From Macrostomum lignano (Eukaryota), in the NCBI GenBank assembly GCA_002269645.1, contig NIVC01004804.1:1-34745 (forward strand): DNA of 34,745 bases, given 5' to 3'. This document shows positions 11,401 through 23,060 of the stretch, in pieces; position 1 is the first letter of the stretch, and every line of letters starts with the position of its first letter. The position numbers and the translations under genes were made by a program. The notes under the pieces are model-generated. The model was not told the origin of the DNA and ran no database searches. It saw only the letters and a program-made list of their open reading frames with translations.

Positions 11401-14400
11401 ATGAAGCTGTTACAATATTTTCTTTTTCTGTACTTAACATCCGCCACCTCAGGCCTGGAGTTCAATCTGACAGTTGTGATTGAGCAGAATGCTGTAAATG
11501 AATCTCTCATCGACCTGGCTGTGAGCAGACGGGTGAACTCGAACTGGAGACTGTTGCCAGGCCACTCAATGTCGCACACAATCGTGCAGGTGCCCGCGGA
11601 TGGAGCTCAGCAGGCTGCTAAAGAAGGTGAATGACTGAGCTATTTTGTTTGCTATCACTTCAGAGACTCAATTCCACAGGGCTTGGTACGTTCCGGAACT
11701 TCGACACCCCTACGAGTCCTTAAATGTTTTTTGGTAGCACCAGTGCGCATCTAGGATTGCACTCGATTGTATTTTGCTCCGAGAAACTTCACTAAGCTTG
11801 CATTACAATTTCACCTACATTATATTAACCGAGTATACTAGCGGGTTGATAAGATCCAACCCACCAACATTAGCCTTGATGATTAGCAGTGAGTCCAATG
11901 GCAGTCGAAAACATCAATGCTTAACCTGCATTTGTTGTGTAAAATTGGAATCCTTTTATATAATTAACTCTATTATACTTACTACACCTGTACCCCACAA
12001 GCTATCTACTTACTCCCAAATTTTTGTATCGTCAGCAGTCTTCTCTAAAAATTCAACTGCTGCTAAAATAATGTACGAGTAAAAGTGTATTTTCGAGCTC
12101 TAGTTGGCCGATACTGCTTGTTTTTGACCCATTCTTTTCCTCGGCTCCGTCCCAGCTAAATATCCTCTATGTTACTCGCCATTCCAGTGTGCTCTCAGGA
12201 TGGTCTGTCAGCTCTACTGGCAATCGGCAGCTGCGGTCTCGTCACGGAGCTGAGCTCGCTAGCCAAGTCGCTGCAACTGCCGTTCATCGCCCTGCCAACC
12301 GCTCTGTGCAGCCCCACTAAACTTCGTGAGCAGTCGAGTGGTCAATGCTATTGCTAACATCCAGTTCGCTTGAAAAATCAGAAGAGTAACCAAAGAGGGA
12401 ATGCTCCAACAACTTCCTAAACGATTCAAGCTTAGCATCGCACAAAGTCGTATCAAGTATCAAGCAAGCGGAGGTTTGCATGCCATGTCAAAATAATTTC
12501 TAGTCTGATTTGAATTGATCAGCCGAGAGAAATTTCCGTGTTGACAGCGATTCTGACAACAAGAATATAATAAACGGCAGGTCCAGTGTCTGACTGTTTT
12601 GAACAAGGAAACAGAGACCAACAGGCGCACCCACTTCAAAAAGAGACTTTTTGTCTTTAATAAAGAAAAGAGGCTTGTTTGACTCCACAAAGCTATCATA
12701 TTTAACCCGCAGCATTTGGGGTCTTCGGCAACCACGAAACATCCGTGATTCTGGACGCAGCAATTTCTGTAATGGAGTCCACTCGAGCGGAAGAGATTGC
12801 AATTTTGTATGACCAGACAAATGGTAGGTAGTGTCAAAATACTATTAAATCATGATTGTGACTACTCAGTATAGGTGACATGAATAAATTCCAAAGTTCC
12901 TCAAACTTTTCAAAATATTTGCAGGAGGAAGAGTTTTAGAATCGCTGCAATCGCGACTCTCAAGCCTCGGCATCAGCTCCGTCCCTTTCAACGTCGACCC
13001 CACACTCAGCGGAGATCTTCTCTCCGAGAGGCTCAGACGCCTCATGAAGAAGCGCCTGTTCAACGCCATCGTCATGGCGACGCCTCGCAACGCGCAAAGC
13101 ATCGTGGCAGCCGCTGCGAACGCCAGCGTCATGCAGCAGAACTACTTCTGGCTCGTGATTGACAGCGGCGGACTCAGCAAGTCCCACCTGATGAGGGTGT
13201 GTCCCAACAACTGCAACCTGGCTCTGCTCAGAGGAGGCACAACTGGCGTCAATCGGCCATCGGACTGTCCGCCTGCAGTGAGAGACGTCTTTCCGAGCTG
13301 CGACACCGACAGCATTCGGTGAGCGCCAGCTGCCCTGCCCTGCCCTGCCCTGCCCTGCCCTGCCCTGCCCTGCCCTGCCCTGCCCTGCCCTGCCCTGCCC
13401 TGCCCTGCCCTGCCCTGCCCTGCCCTGCCCTGCCCTGCCCTGTTCTGCCCTGCCCTGCCCTGCCCTGCCCTGCCCTGCCCTGCCCTGCCCTGCCCTGCCC
13501 TGCCCTGCCCTGCCCTGCCCTGCCCTGCCCTGCCCTGCCCTGCCCTGCCCTGCCCTGCCCTGCCCTGCCCTGCCCTGCCCTGACCTGCCCTGCCCTGCCC
13601 TGCCCTGCCCTGCCCTGCCCTGCCCTGCCCTGCCCTGCCCTGCCCTGCCCTGCCCTCCCCTGCCCTGCCCTGCCCTGCCCTGCCCTGCCCTGCCCTGCCC
13701 TGCCCTGCCCTGCCCTGCCCTGCCCTGCCCTGCCCTGCCCAGCCATGCTTTGCTCTGCTCGATTTGCTCTAAATCTATTTGAGCAGCAGTGTAACTGTAC
13801 TTACATTAATACTCGATCTCCCATCAACCGAAATCTCGCACAGACACTGGACATCCGTCTCGTGGATGCGATCGAGGCTCTGGCGAAGGCTCTCACAGAC
13901 TCGCTGACTCAGCAGGGATTCCGAGAGAGCAACGCGTCATGCTTTCCTCTGCAGCCGTGGTCGTCTGGCTCTCAAGTGCTCAGCAACGTCATGTCTGTGA
14001 GTTTTTGGTTTCTGCATTTGATTTTTTCATTGCAGCGTTTTTGCTCACTTCGACGCTCATTTCATTGCTCATTATTAACAGGTCTACAGGTATTTGAGCA
14101 GTTGCACTCGCCATTTTTAATGCTTTAAAATGGCTTTATGATAGCTTCTGCTCTTTTAACCGCACTTATTTTGCTTTCATGTTTGTGGTCTTTAAAAGTA
14201 GCCAGAATTAATTGTTGGTTCTTTAATTGTTTTTTTACTTTCTCCGTGTTCTGTGGTTCTCCGTAGCAATCGTCATTTCTTGTATTTTCCAGCATCTGAA
14301 TTTTTTAAGAAAATTGAGCGGTTTCTTATTTGTTTTTGAAATTTTCATAACGCATTGAAACATTGCTGCATTTTTTCGCAAATTATAACTCCCTGTGCAT

Positions 14401-14727
14401 CCGCAGCACTGCAAAGTCAAATTTGCACCAAAGTTAAACAAACTGTACCTATTTTTCAGTCTGAGCAAACTCAGCGAGACCGGTCAGCTCCAGCTGCTAT
14501 TCGACAAGTACTACAAGACCGACTCTGATGACCAGTGCAGCGAAGGCGATAGTGACGCGAGCTACACTGGCGCCGAGTCAATCGGTCTGGACACGGTGGC
14601 CGGCTGCTTTGTTGTCACCGGCTGCTTCTTTGCTGTCGGTCTGCTCCTGCTGGCTGGCGAGTTGGTGCTGGCGAGACTGAAGCGGCTGGACTGCTGCGCG
14701 AACAGTAGGGTCGACCCAGTGGAATGA
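11401..14727 (+). pseudogene. Copy B: internally deleted iGluR-like paralog (signal peptide, ATD exons 1-5 and terminal M4 exon; exons 6-11 absent); pseudogene or truncated isoform
   Basis: Exons are 11401-11626, 12188-12325, 12713-12823, 12925-13318, 13844-13996 and 14460-14727. Exons 1, 2, 3 and 5 have the same lengths as in copy D; exon 4 is 1 nt shorter (394 vs 395). Homology to D intron 5 stops at 14113. Confidence 0.8.
13331..13740. repeat. (TGCCC)n pentanucleotide array, about 82 units, in intron 4 of copy B
   Basis: Read directly; starts about 12 nt after the GTGAGC donor. Confidence 0.98.
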
Positions 14728-16386
14728 ATGTCTGTGACTACTGAATCACCCAGCTATGACTGGCATTACTTTGAACAAGTTTATTAAGTCATTCTATTGA
14801 AACACAATACAGAGGCAATCAAACAATGCAATCTAAATCACTCTGATATAGTTTTCCTTTTATTTGATACATGAGCTACCCAAAATCCAACACAGAACTT
14901 GCGTAAAATCGAGCAACAAAAACACGTAAAAACGCTTGCAACTCTCTACGGAGTATTCTGCTGCACATCTTGTACTAAAGCTAAAGGCTGTCACTCTCAA
15001 GACGTTAGTGTCGCTCTGTACGAGCTCTGTAGTATTGTAGAAAGTTGCTGTTTCATAAGAACTTTTTTCTTATCCAAGACTACAATTCAAAGAATGAAAA
15101 TTTGTGAAGATACATGTATGCTAATTCGCAAGCTACGTTTGAAAGTGCTATGGAGAAAAGGGTTTAGAGATATTTACCTTAAAATTATTGGGAGTAATTG
15201 TAGTAGCCCTCACGAAGTGGGCAGAAGCAGCCGAAGAGTTACATGCATTGCAGATGATTATAGATTATATCGATTATAAATAGCAGAAGAGCTATTTTAT
15301 CGATTGAATGGGCAATCACACAGTTGTCCATAGTTGGTGTGTGAAATTTTGAGAAAATGTAGCTTCGGTTGCTACTAATGATATTTTAATCAGTAGTTTG
15401 TTCCATATCAGGAATTCTAGTGTTTCTACTAGCTATATTTTAATTCTTCTTATCATAAATTAAGTTTAATAAAAACCTAGATGCAACCGCGGTACTTGCA
15501 GAAATGTTTGTACCCGTCATATACACGGTTTTCGTCAAGTGATAGGAAGGAGTCGTATGGAAAAATCTTAATTGTTCATTTCAGTTGAATAAAACTAGTT
15601 CAGATGCTGGGTATGTACGAGCGTACGGTAGCTCTTCGTAAAAAATTTAGTCAAATTTATTAGTCAAATGGGTGAAGAAATTAAAGCTGAAAAAAGATAC
15701 GAGTACAAAGATTATTAACTTTAGAGTACACGAATAAAGTGCGATTTTTGTGACTCATATAAGTGAGTTATTTAGAAAATGATCAGTGCCAATAAGCCAT
15801 TTCAAGTTAATAAATTTAATCTACTTCCGTGATTTTACGCATAACACGGCTATATTTTGTCATAGAAAGATTAAACGGATAAACCATTGTCCGTTTTAGT
15901 GTTTCGATCACTTTTTGTGATCTTTTTTTGATCCTTTGTGAGCCTGGAGTGAAATGGTGTTAGCCATCCACCCCTCGCGCTGTACATTGTGCCGCCTTTG
16001 TGCGCCGTCCTTTCTACCCCTCTGTGGGGTGGGGGCTGCTCACCCGCTTATTTATCTGCACGCCGCCCTCTGTTTCCACGTCGCTCGCTTTGGCTTTGCA
16101 GCTCAATTTTTGGTTCAATACTAGAACTTTTAAACTTATAATTATACGGTCGTAATTCCTACACTGGTCGTTGATACACTTGCATAATAGCAGGTGCGAC
16201 ACAATCTAAAAACTTGATCGATAAAATTGTTGTCGAAAGAAGCCGCGAGTGGGAAATAAGCCAACTAAATACCAGCATGGGCTAAAAGTACAATAAAAAC
16301 TTTCATAAAAACCTCTGAAAATGTTTCGCCCAAAGGCAGGTTGTCCAAAAACTGCAAAAAATCGATCGAACATCACCCTGTGAAGG
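14215..16386. repeat. Diverged segmental duplicate of about 6065-7862 (last intron, terminal exon and convergent intergenic region)
   Basis: Collinear shared words include AAAGTTAAACAAACTGTACCTATTTTTCAG, AAGACTACAATTCAAAG, TTTAATCAGTAGTTTG, ACCGCGGTA(T/C)TTGCAGAAAT, TTAGTCAAATTTATTAGT, ATATAAGTGAGTTA and GAACATCAC. Confidence 0.8.
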
Positions 16387-19300
16387 TGTTGGGAAACACA
16401 AATGCACCGCCGCTCTTCTGAAACAATTTCGTCAGCGAGCCGCTGCTGAACCGACCGCTCAGCTGGAACCGAGCTGCCGCTCCCACCTGCTCAGTGAATG
16501 ATGCAACGATCTCAACGCCCTGAGCGTTGAAGAATCCTGTTGTCGAGTTGTAGGAAATCTCACCGCGACCCGAGTCGAAGCTCGATAGCTGAAATGAGAC
16601 AGCGGCGACTGCAACTGCTCATATCTGAGATCAGTTAATGATGAGCAGTGGAATGTACAATAAAGTGGGCTGTCAAATGCTGCGAGCACGAACTCACAGA
16701 CATGATTTTGCTGAGCACTTGAGCGCCAGACGACCACGGCTGCAGAGGAAAGCATGATGCGTTGCTCTCTTGGAATCCCGGCTGAGCCAGCGAGTCTGTG
16801 AAAGCCTTCGCCAGAGCCTCGATCGCATCCACGAGACGGATGTCCAGTGTCTGTGCGAGATTTCGGTTGATGGGAGATCGAGTATTATTGGAATATTCTT
16901 CTGTGAGTGTATGTGATTGAATAGTTTCCCTATAGTCTAAAAGTCTATTGTCTAGAGAGACAATAGCACACAGTCTTGGTCAAAAAATTCTAAATTTAGA
17001 TTTAGTCTTGGATTTAGAATTCCTTGTCTTGGCATAGGTAGAGACTGTTTTTGGAGGTAGTCAATGGCCATAGACAATTTTTTTCGAGAAAAGTCAGTGT
17101 AGACTGTATCATGTTGGCGTCATAATATAATAACGAGATCAAATGAGTTACTAAGTAATAGCCTTTTTTCTACAGGCTTGTAATGTCAATGACAGGAAGA
17201 ATTACCTACAATTACTAAACGACAAATGGAAGAAAATGCAAGAAATGAGAGATCAAAAGGTATTTTAGCAAGATCGGCAGGGCAGGGCAGGGCAGGGCAG
17301 GGCAGCTGGCGCTCACCCGAATTGACGCCAGTTGTGCCTCCTCTGAGCAGAGCCAGGTTGCAGTTGTTGGGACACACCCTCATCAGGTGGGACTTGCTGA
17401 GTCCGCCGCTGTCAATCACGAGCCAGAAGTAGTTCTGCTGCATGACGCTGGCGTTCGCAGCGGCTGCCACGATGCTTTGCGCGTTGCGAGGCGTCGCCAT
17501 GACGATGGCGTTGAACAGGCGCTTCTTCATGAGGCGTCTGAGCCTCTCGGAGAGAAGATCTCCGCTGAGCGTGGGGTCGGCGTTAAAAGGGACGGAGCTG
17601 ATGCCGATGCTCGAGAGTCGCGTCTGCAGCAGCTGTATGAAGCCATTCTCTGTGAAATTAGATAAATAATAGTGTCTGCACAAGTGTACGCGAATTTTGC
17701 ATCAAGTTTTAAGGTCAAAACGGGCCGCATGCTTAGAACCTTGTCTCGAATAGTTTTCCCGGACGTGGTATTCTGTCTTGGTACCTTAGACTAGTCTTAC
17801 TTACATGTAGCTTCTTTGGGAAGTTAATCATTGACAAAGCATGGACGGCTTATTAAAACTCTTCAGTGTTCTTTAATAAGAGCGTAGTTATTGGGAAAAA
17901 GTACAAACTGCACGCTATAAGTTGTGAACACGAGCATAGTCACTACTGTTAGCTTTTCAGACCATAAGAAGATGAAGAAGACAAGAAAAGGCTTTACGAC
18001 TGATAACAAGCTCGTCTGAGCCTTGGTGTCTCAGTAGCTTCCTTAGTGTCAGGGTTCATTTAGTTATTCCTAGACTAGCAAAGCTTAATCTTTGTTAGCT
18101 TCTGCTAGCTGGCACTATTATCAATAATACAGTTGCATCATTTCAGAGGCTGAAATCGACTTGTCTTATAGTACACACGAACTCAAGTAGTCAGTCATCG
18201 TGGCGTCAGGATGCTTGCTTTCTTTGAAATATAAATAGCTCGGAGTTGCTCTAAAGGGCGAACTAATGAATCGATATGCAATTCAATGGACGAAAGAAGT
18301 CCTCTTTGATCTTGCTTGCTAACTAAAAGCTAGCTAATTTTTAAAGTCTCTTTGTAGCCTGAAATGACTTCCCAACAGTTTGGAGCTCATTAAACAAAGC
18401 AATCGCAAATTATGTATTCAAAGAAGGCTGCGCTGACTGAAAGCGCGAACGATGAGACAAATAGGATGGGAAAGTTGGGAGAAACATCGTCATGCCGAGC
18501 ACAAAAGAAGAGGAGACATGTCAAACACAAAAGATTTATGGGGGAATTGCTAATAAGCTGGCTTTCAGGCTTTCATTTTCCTAAAAAAACTAGCAGTAGT
18601 TGCCTGTGAAATTTCAAAATCTACATTTTATTTAGAAAAATATTCTTTTCTTTGTTGCCCCAAAAGTGAAGAGGGCAAATATTACTAGTGAAAGGATCCC
18701 TGTGCATTACTGTTTAATATATTAGATTTTCCAAGCTTACCCTGAGACATGTCGTAAAATATGATGACCTCTTTTTTCCTCAAGTGTTGAAATTGTTTTA
18801 ACGGTTGCTTCCAGTAGTTCAGTCACCCTGTGGCTACCAACAGCGTCGTAGTCTGCAAGGAAATAATAAACTATCTGTGCACAATATTAAAGTCTGAAAC
18901 TTCTGAAACTCTAAAAGTACATGACATCAGAAAAAGTATTTTCGCATCTTATTTTAGAACGAGAGAAATATTGACTGGTATTATTGCAGCTATATGATAT
19001 GCATATCGATTTTGATAAATCGATAAATAGGTGTTCCCATTTGATCACCACAGACAGAACAATTGTCTGACATTAATAGCCTAAATATCAACTGTTAATG
19101 TCAAGTCTATTGCTGTCAAATCAGACTTTTGTGGGATAACTCTTGGTAGTCAGTAATAAAATACGATTGTAGTTAGTAAACACTTTTTATAACTGTCAAT
19201 CAATTTACAAGAGAAAATCCATTCCTTACTTGATTTACTTCGCTTGTAATGATAGCCAAAATTGAAAGCTGCCAACTGTACAGAATGTAAGATAAACAAG

Positions 19301-19883
19301 TCTGTTTAACACTCATGATTTAACTTTACTCACGAAAATGTGTGCTGCTGCACAGAGCGGTTGGAAGGGCGATGAACGGCAGTTGCAGGGACTTGGACAG
19401 CGAGCTCAGGTCCGAGAGGAGACCGCAGCTGCCGATTGCCAGAAGAGCTGACAGACTGGACTGAGAGCACACTGGAATTGAGTTAAGCTAACGCTTACCC
19501 TTACTCTCATGTATTTCGAGCACAATAAAAGACAATAGTCAAAACTACAACCACAACCCAAGTGTATGGATATTCAATATTTGCATCAGACTAACCAAAC
19601 GAATAATTTTAAATCTAATTTACTCAAGCATGGCATGCTTGCAGCCAAGCTACTCACCCTCCTTAGCAGCCTGCTGAGCTCCATCCTTGGATACCTGCAC
19701 GATCGCATGCGACATTGAGTGGCCTGGCAACAGTCTCCAGTTCGAGTTCACCCGTCTGCTCACAGCCAGGTCGATTAGGGAGCTGCTCACTGCATTCTGC
19801 TCAATCACAACTGCCAGCTTGAAGTCCAGGCCAGAGGTGGCTGACACAAAGCATGCCAATAGCACCGATGCTATCGGCAACAT
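16373..19883 (-). pseudogene. Copy C: ATD-only iGluR-like paralog (exons 1-6, stop at the ATD/S1 boundary) with two apparent frameshifts
   Basis: Exons are 19883-19658, 19471-19334, 18852-18741 (112 nt, +1), 17649-17317 (333 nt, 62-nt deletion), 16850-16698 and 16588-16373 (ends ...FPNTFTG*). It has a signal peptide MLPIASVLLACFVSATSG and GT-AG sites homologous to copy D. Confidence 0.85.
17276..17305. repeat. Short (GGCAG)6, the minus-strand counterpart of the intron 4 (CCCTG)n array
   Basis: Read directly; same position after the GTGAGCGCCAGCTG donor as in copies B and D. Confidence 0.9.
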
Positions 19884-20296
19884 CGTTATCAAAGTTCTTG
19901 GAAAGGATTACGACAACAATCATTTTATTTACTGTACTTTAATAGCTCCTTTTTGTGTAGTGAGTTTTTAACGAATCACAGTTTCTAACCAATGCCAGGG
20001 TACGATTGGAAGATTAGCGGCTATGACTCAGATTCCGGCCAAAATAAGTATGGTAGCATGTCATAAAAACGTTAATTGAAAACAGAATTGTACATTTTTA
20101 TAAGAATGACTTAGCATTGAAATGCAAATGTATATTATATTTAACAGATAGTCATTGCCTACAAACTTCTTTCGCAATTGGCTCCATGTAGAAAAGATAC
20201 CTGCATTGTTCGTCCCTTTTCACTATCTACCTGCTTATTTCTTAGTACCTCGAATCTTTCAGGACCCTTAGTAGAAGTAGGCATTTAGTGCAGTGA

Positions 20297-20325
20297 CTAG
20301 CAATCTAGTGCCCCCCTTCGGGGCG
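20297..20325 (-). mobile_element. Helitron-like 3' terminus (GC hairpin and CTAG) of the same family as 535-561
   Basis: A|CTAGCAATCTAGTGCCCCCCTTCGGGGC compares with |CTAGCAATCTTTGCCCCCCGATGGGGG at 535. The left flank is A, as expected for AT insertion. The other end was not identified. Confidence 0.5.
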
Positions 20326-22280
20326 CCCAATAAGCAAGGGACGAAAAGTGAATTCTATTTGCTTTGACACCTAAGCAATGCCCACGTATGAGTTTAGTGT
20401 AGTGAGTGACTCTGGGCTGTTCGCATAAAAACTAACCCAGACGGGCTAGACTATCTAAAAGTGGCCAGGTTTGACGCGAACATCCTGTTCCAAGGTTTGA
20501 CATTGATAGATCCAACTGCAGCATAAATGACAGGCTCTTGTTGCTTGGTTTTCGTCTTCGTAAACTTGTGTCTACCAATTCAACGAGATTAATCAGCTAC
20601 CTGGTGAGTCGAATAATTTTCTATTTCTATATCAGAAACTGGTTGTTGAGGCACCAGTCGGAACATTCGCTGTCGACATCTATAGTCTCTCTGGATCAAC
20701 TCCAGCTCTACAACAAGGTCTATTCTCGATTTTGAGAGAACCTCTTTCTCACCTTATCTAGGCTGCTTACTAGACCGGATTAACTAGACTCGGCTATAGA
20801 TCTTATATTCCGCAGAGAGGCCATTTTGTATTGCGGCAATATGAACGGGATAGAATACAGTTCTCTAAAAGAAAAGCTCGACTATGAAGTCATTTAGGAA
20901 GTTAAGAACTAGAAGCAAGAAGCGAGAGAAATCGAATTAAAAATGCCTCTTATCAGGGAAAGCTCGACCGCTGTTTTTCGTGAAAAGTGCGAAGAAAGCC
21001 GACATGGGTTGCTTAAATTTTGAGTTCAGTAGCTTAGGGACATAGACGCTATTTTTTTGAGAATGTGATAGAATTTTTCATGAATTAAATAAAAAGCTAC
21101 TCAATCAAATTAAGAATGATACATGCACTGCGGATATTACTGACAAAATTGAGTTGAGTAGTTGAATTTTGCGCTATTACGAGATGCAGAATTGTTTACA
21201 TTGGCTTCTGTGACCACATAAGCGGTTAATTAGTGGCCCATCTTGTGTTTATATGATCCTTGAGCCTATATGTTTCGAATTACGAGTAAGTATACAGCAT
21301 GTACCCCTAGTTAACAGTTAACAGTTCGGGTACAAAACAGTGCCATAGAGTTAGTGAGATGCCATAGACAGATTGGACGGATAAAGCATTTTAGTGGTTT
21401 GATCACTTTTTCAGTCAAAGCTGAAGCTCAAAGCTACTCGTTAATATATATTCAGTCTAACAGTCTAATACTATTGATAGATCCGAACTTTCAACTTATA
21501 AATTAAAATATTCCTTTTTGCGACCTAGTTGGTACTGCAAGCTTTTAATTTAATCATAGATACGAAAATCAGACTTGCGAGACTGAAAATTTTCTGTCTA
21601 TGGTCGACACTCGTTGGCATAGCGGAGTTCAATTTAATCCTGGGGGCATCAATTTGATCATTCTAATCATATAACGTTAGATATCCAGTGCTATAACACA
21701 AGTCGTTTACTTATCATTGGGAAAATCTAAAACAGAACATTACAATAAACAAATAAAAGCTTTAGCGTCGGATGTCGTCAAGTCAGGCTGGAATAAACCT
21801 CAGCATCTGCCGGTACCAGCCTCCGCATTTTGCAACGGTCACTTCACGGGTTGCGTCCTCTGCAACCCTCTGTAGGACAAGGATTCGCCACTCTCGTAGC
21901 GAATGACCATCAGGCGGAGTGTCGAGCTCTCTTGCAGTTGTGGTTGAGCCAGCTGGCGTTTGATGGCTGCCTTCAGGCAGCGAAATCCTGACATTGAACA
22001 ATCCAGCCTCCGGAGGTAACAAAATCCAGGCTCGAAGCTGACGTAATGAATAGTGCCCACGAGACAATTCTGTCGACAGCATTGAAGGCAGTCAATTTAT
22101 CAGGGGCCCTAGCTCTGTCGACTAACAGCACGCCTCGCCGACCAGCATCTCTAGAGCGTCCTAAAATATTTGAAACAGGCTGATACAACTTAGTAAGTAA
22201 ACAAAGTACACAACCATTCATACTTACTTGAACTGAAAGCTGAACTCGTAGAAAGCTGTTTTACTAAGTATTTATGCCTA

Positions 22281-22792
22281 TGCCTACCACCCTGTAATTC
22301 AACAGTTCGACAGAAAACATCTGTAAGTTTTTCCCCAGAAAATGTGGCCGCAAAAACATATTCCGGAGGCGAGTTATTGAGCTTAGAAATGTACGCTTGC
22401 TCATTTTCTGTCAAACATTGCCATAGACAGCGGCCATAGACAATCTTTGCCGTATAAAAATCCTTGAGCATACACTCTGAGACTGTGGTCAAAATCCTCC
22501 AGTTTATTTGAACAAAAGACAACATGGCGACCAGGTAACACTGAACAGCATTAACAAGTAAGGAAGTTACCAAGCTGCCTGTGCCGCAAATGATGCCCAT
22601 CATTTTCAATGCACTCACGGAGCCGACCAAGGAAGCCGTCAACTGCATTGCGAACAGCATCCGCCCGGTTCTGTCGAATCCAATCGAAAGCTGTAACAAT
22701 TGCTGCGTTCAGTTGGTGGAAATCCAAGAAAAGACGAAGGAAAAACTGACAGATGTTTTCTGTCGAACTGTTGAATTACAGGGTGACAGGCA
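22281..22792. mobile_element. MITE-like element with about 55-bp terminal inverted repeats
   Basis: TGCCTACCACCCTGTAATTCAACAGTTCGACAGAAAACATCTGTAAGTTTTTCC (from 22281) is the reverse complement of about 22739-22792 with 3 mismatches. No clear TSD. Confidence 0.7.
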
Positions 22793-22995
22793 AAACGGAT
22801 TACTCGCAGTTAGCGCACAAAGAGTTACCCTTTTTTGGGACACCCGTTATGCCTGAGTGGCCCATCTAGATACCTCGTATTTTAGTATCTGTGGTTGGGA
22901 CTTGCACAGCCAAGACTTTGTCTATGGTAGCTGCTATACCATTTCAATTTCGAGCCCTGCACATACTACTGAATAGATTAGATTTTTCATAGTGT

Positions 22996-23060
22996 ACCCT
23001 GGGGACATATCATAAGTTACATGTATGATGACCTCTTTTTCCCTTAACTGTTGCGACTGT
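22996..23060 (-). pseudogene. Degenerate orphan fragment of exon 3 (copy C type) with flanking intron
   Basis: ATTAGATTTT...TACCCTG(A/G)G...ACAT...TATGATGACCTCTTTTT(T)CC aligns with 18721-18790. The minus-strand translation LREKEVIIHVTYDMSPG compares with the corrected copy C sequence LEEKEVIIFYDMSQ. Confidence 0.55.

Noticed and set aside
13199-14128. (PCPAL)n and (GQGRA)n ORFs here and at 28680-29723
   Set aside because: They are stop-free translations of intronic (CCCTG)n bounded by clear GT/AG sites.
16931-17109. Possible small MITE with a CTATTGTCT-AGAG-AGACAATAG hairpin in intron 4 of copy C
   Set aside because: The hairpin is real, but the terminal inverted match is only about 9 bp, too weak to call an element.
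18480-18540. One or two monomers resembling the reverse complement of the 23-bp satellite
   Set aside because: The match is short and in AT-rich sequence, so it could be chance.
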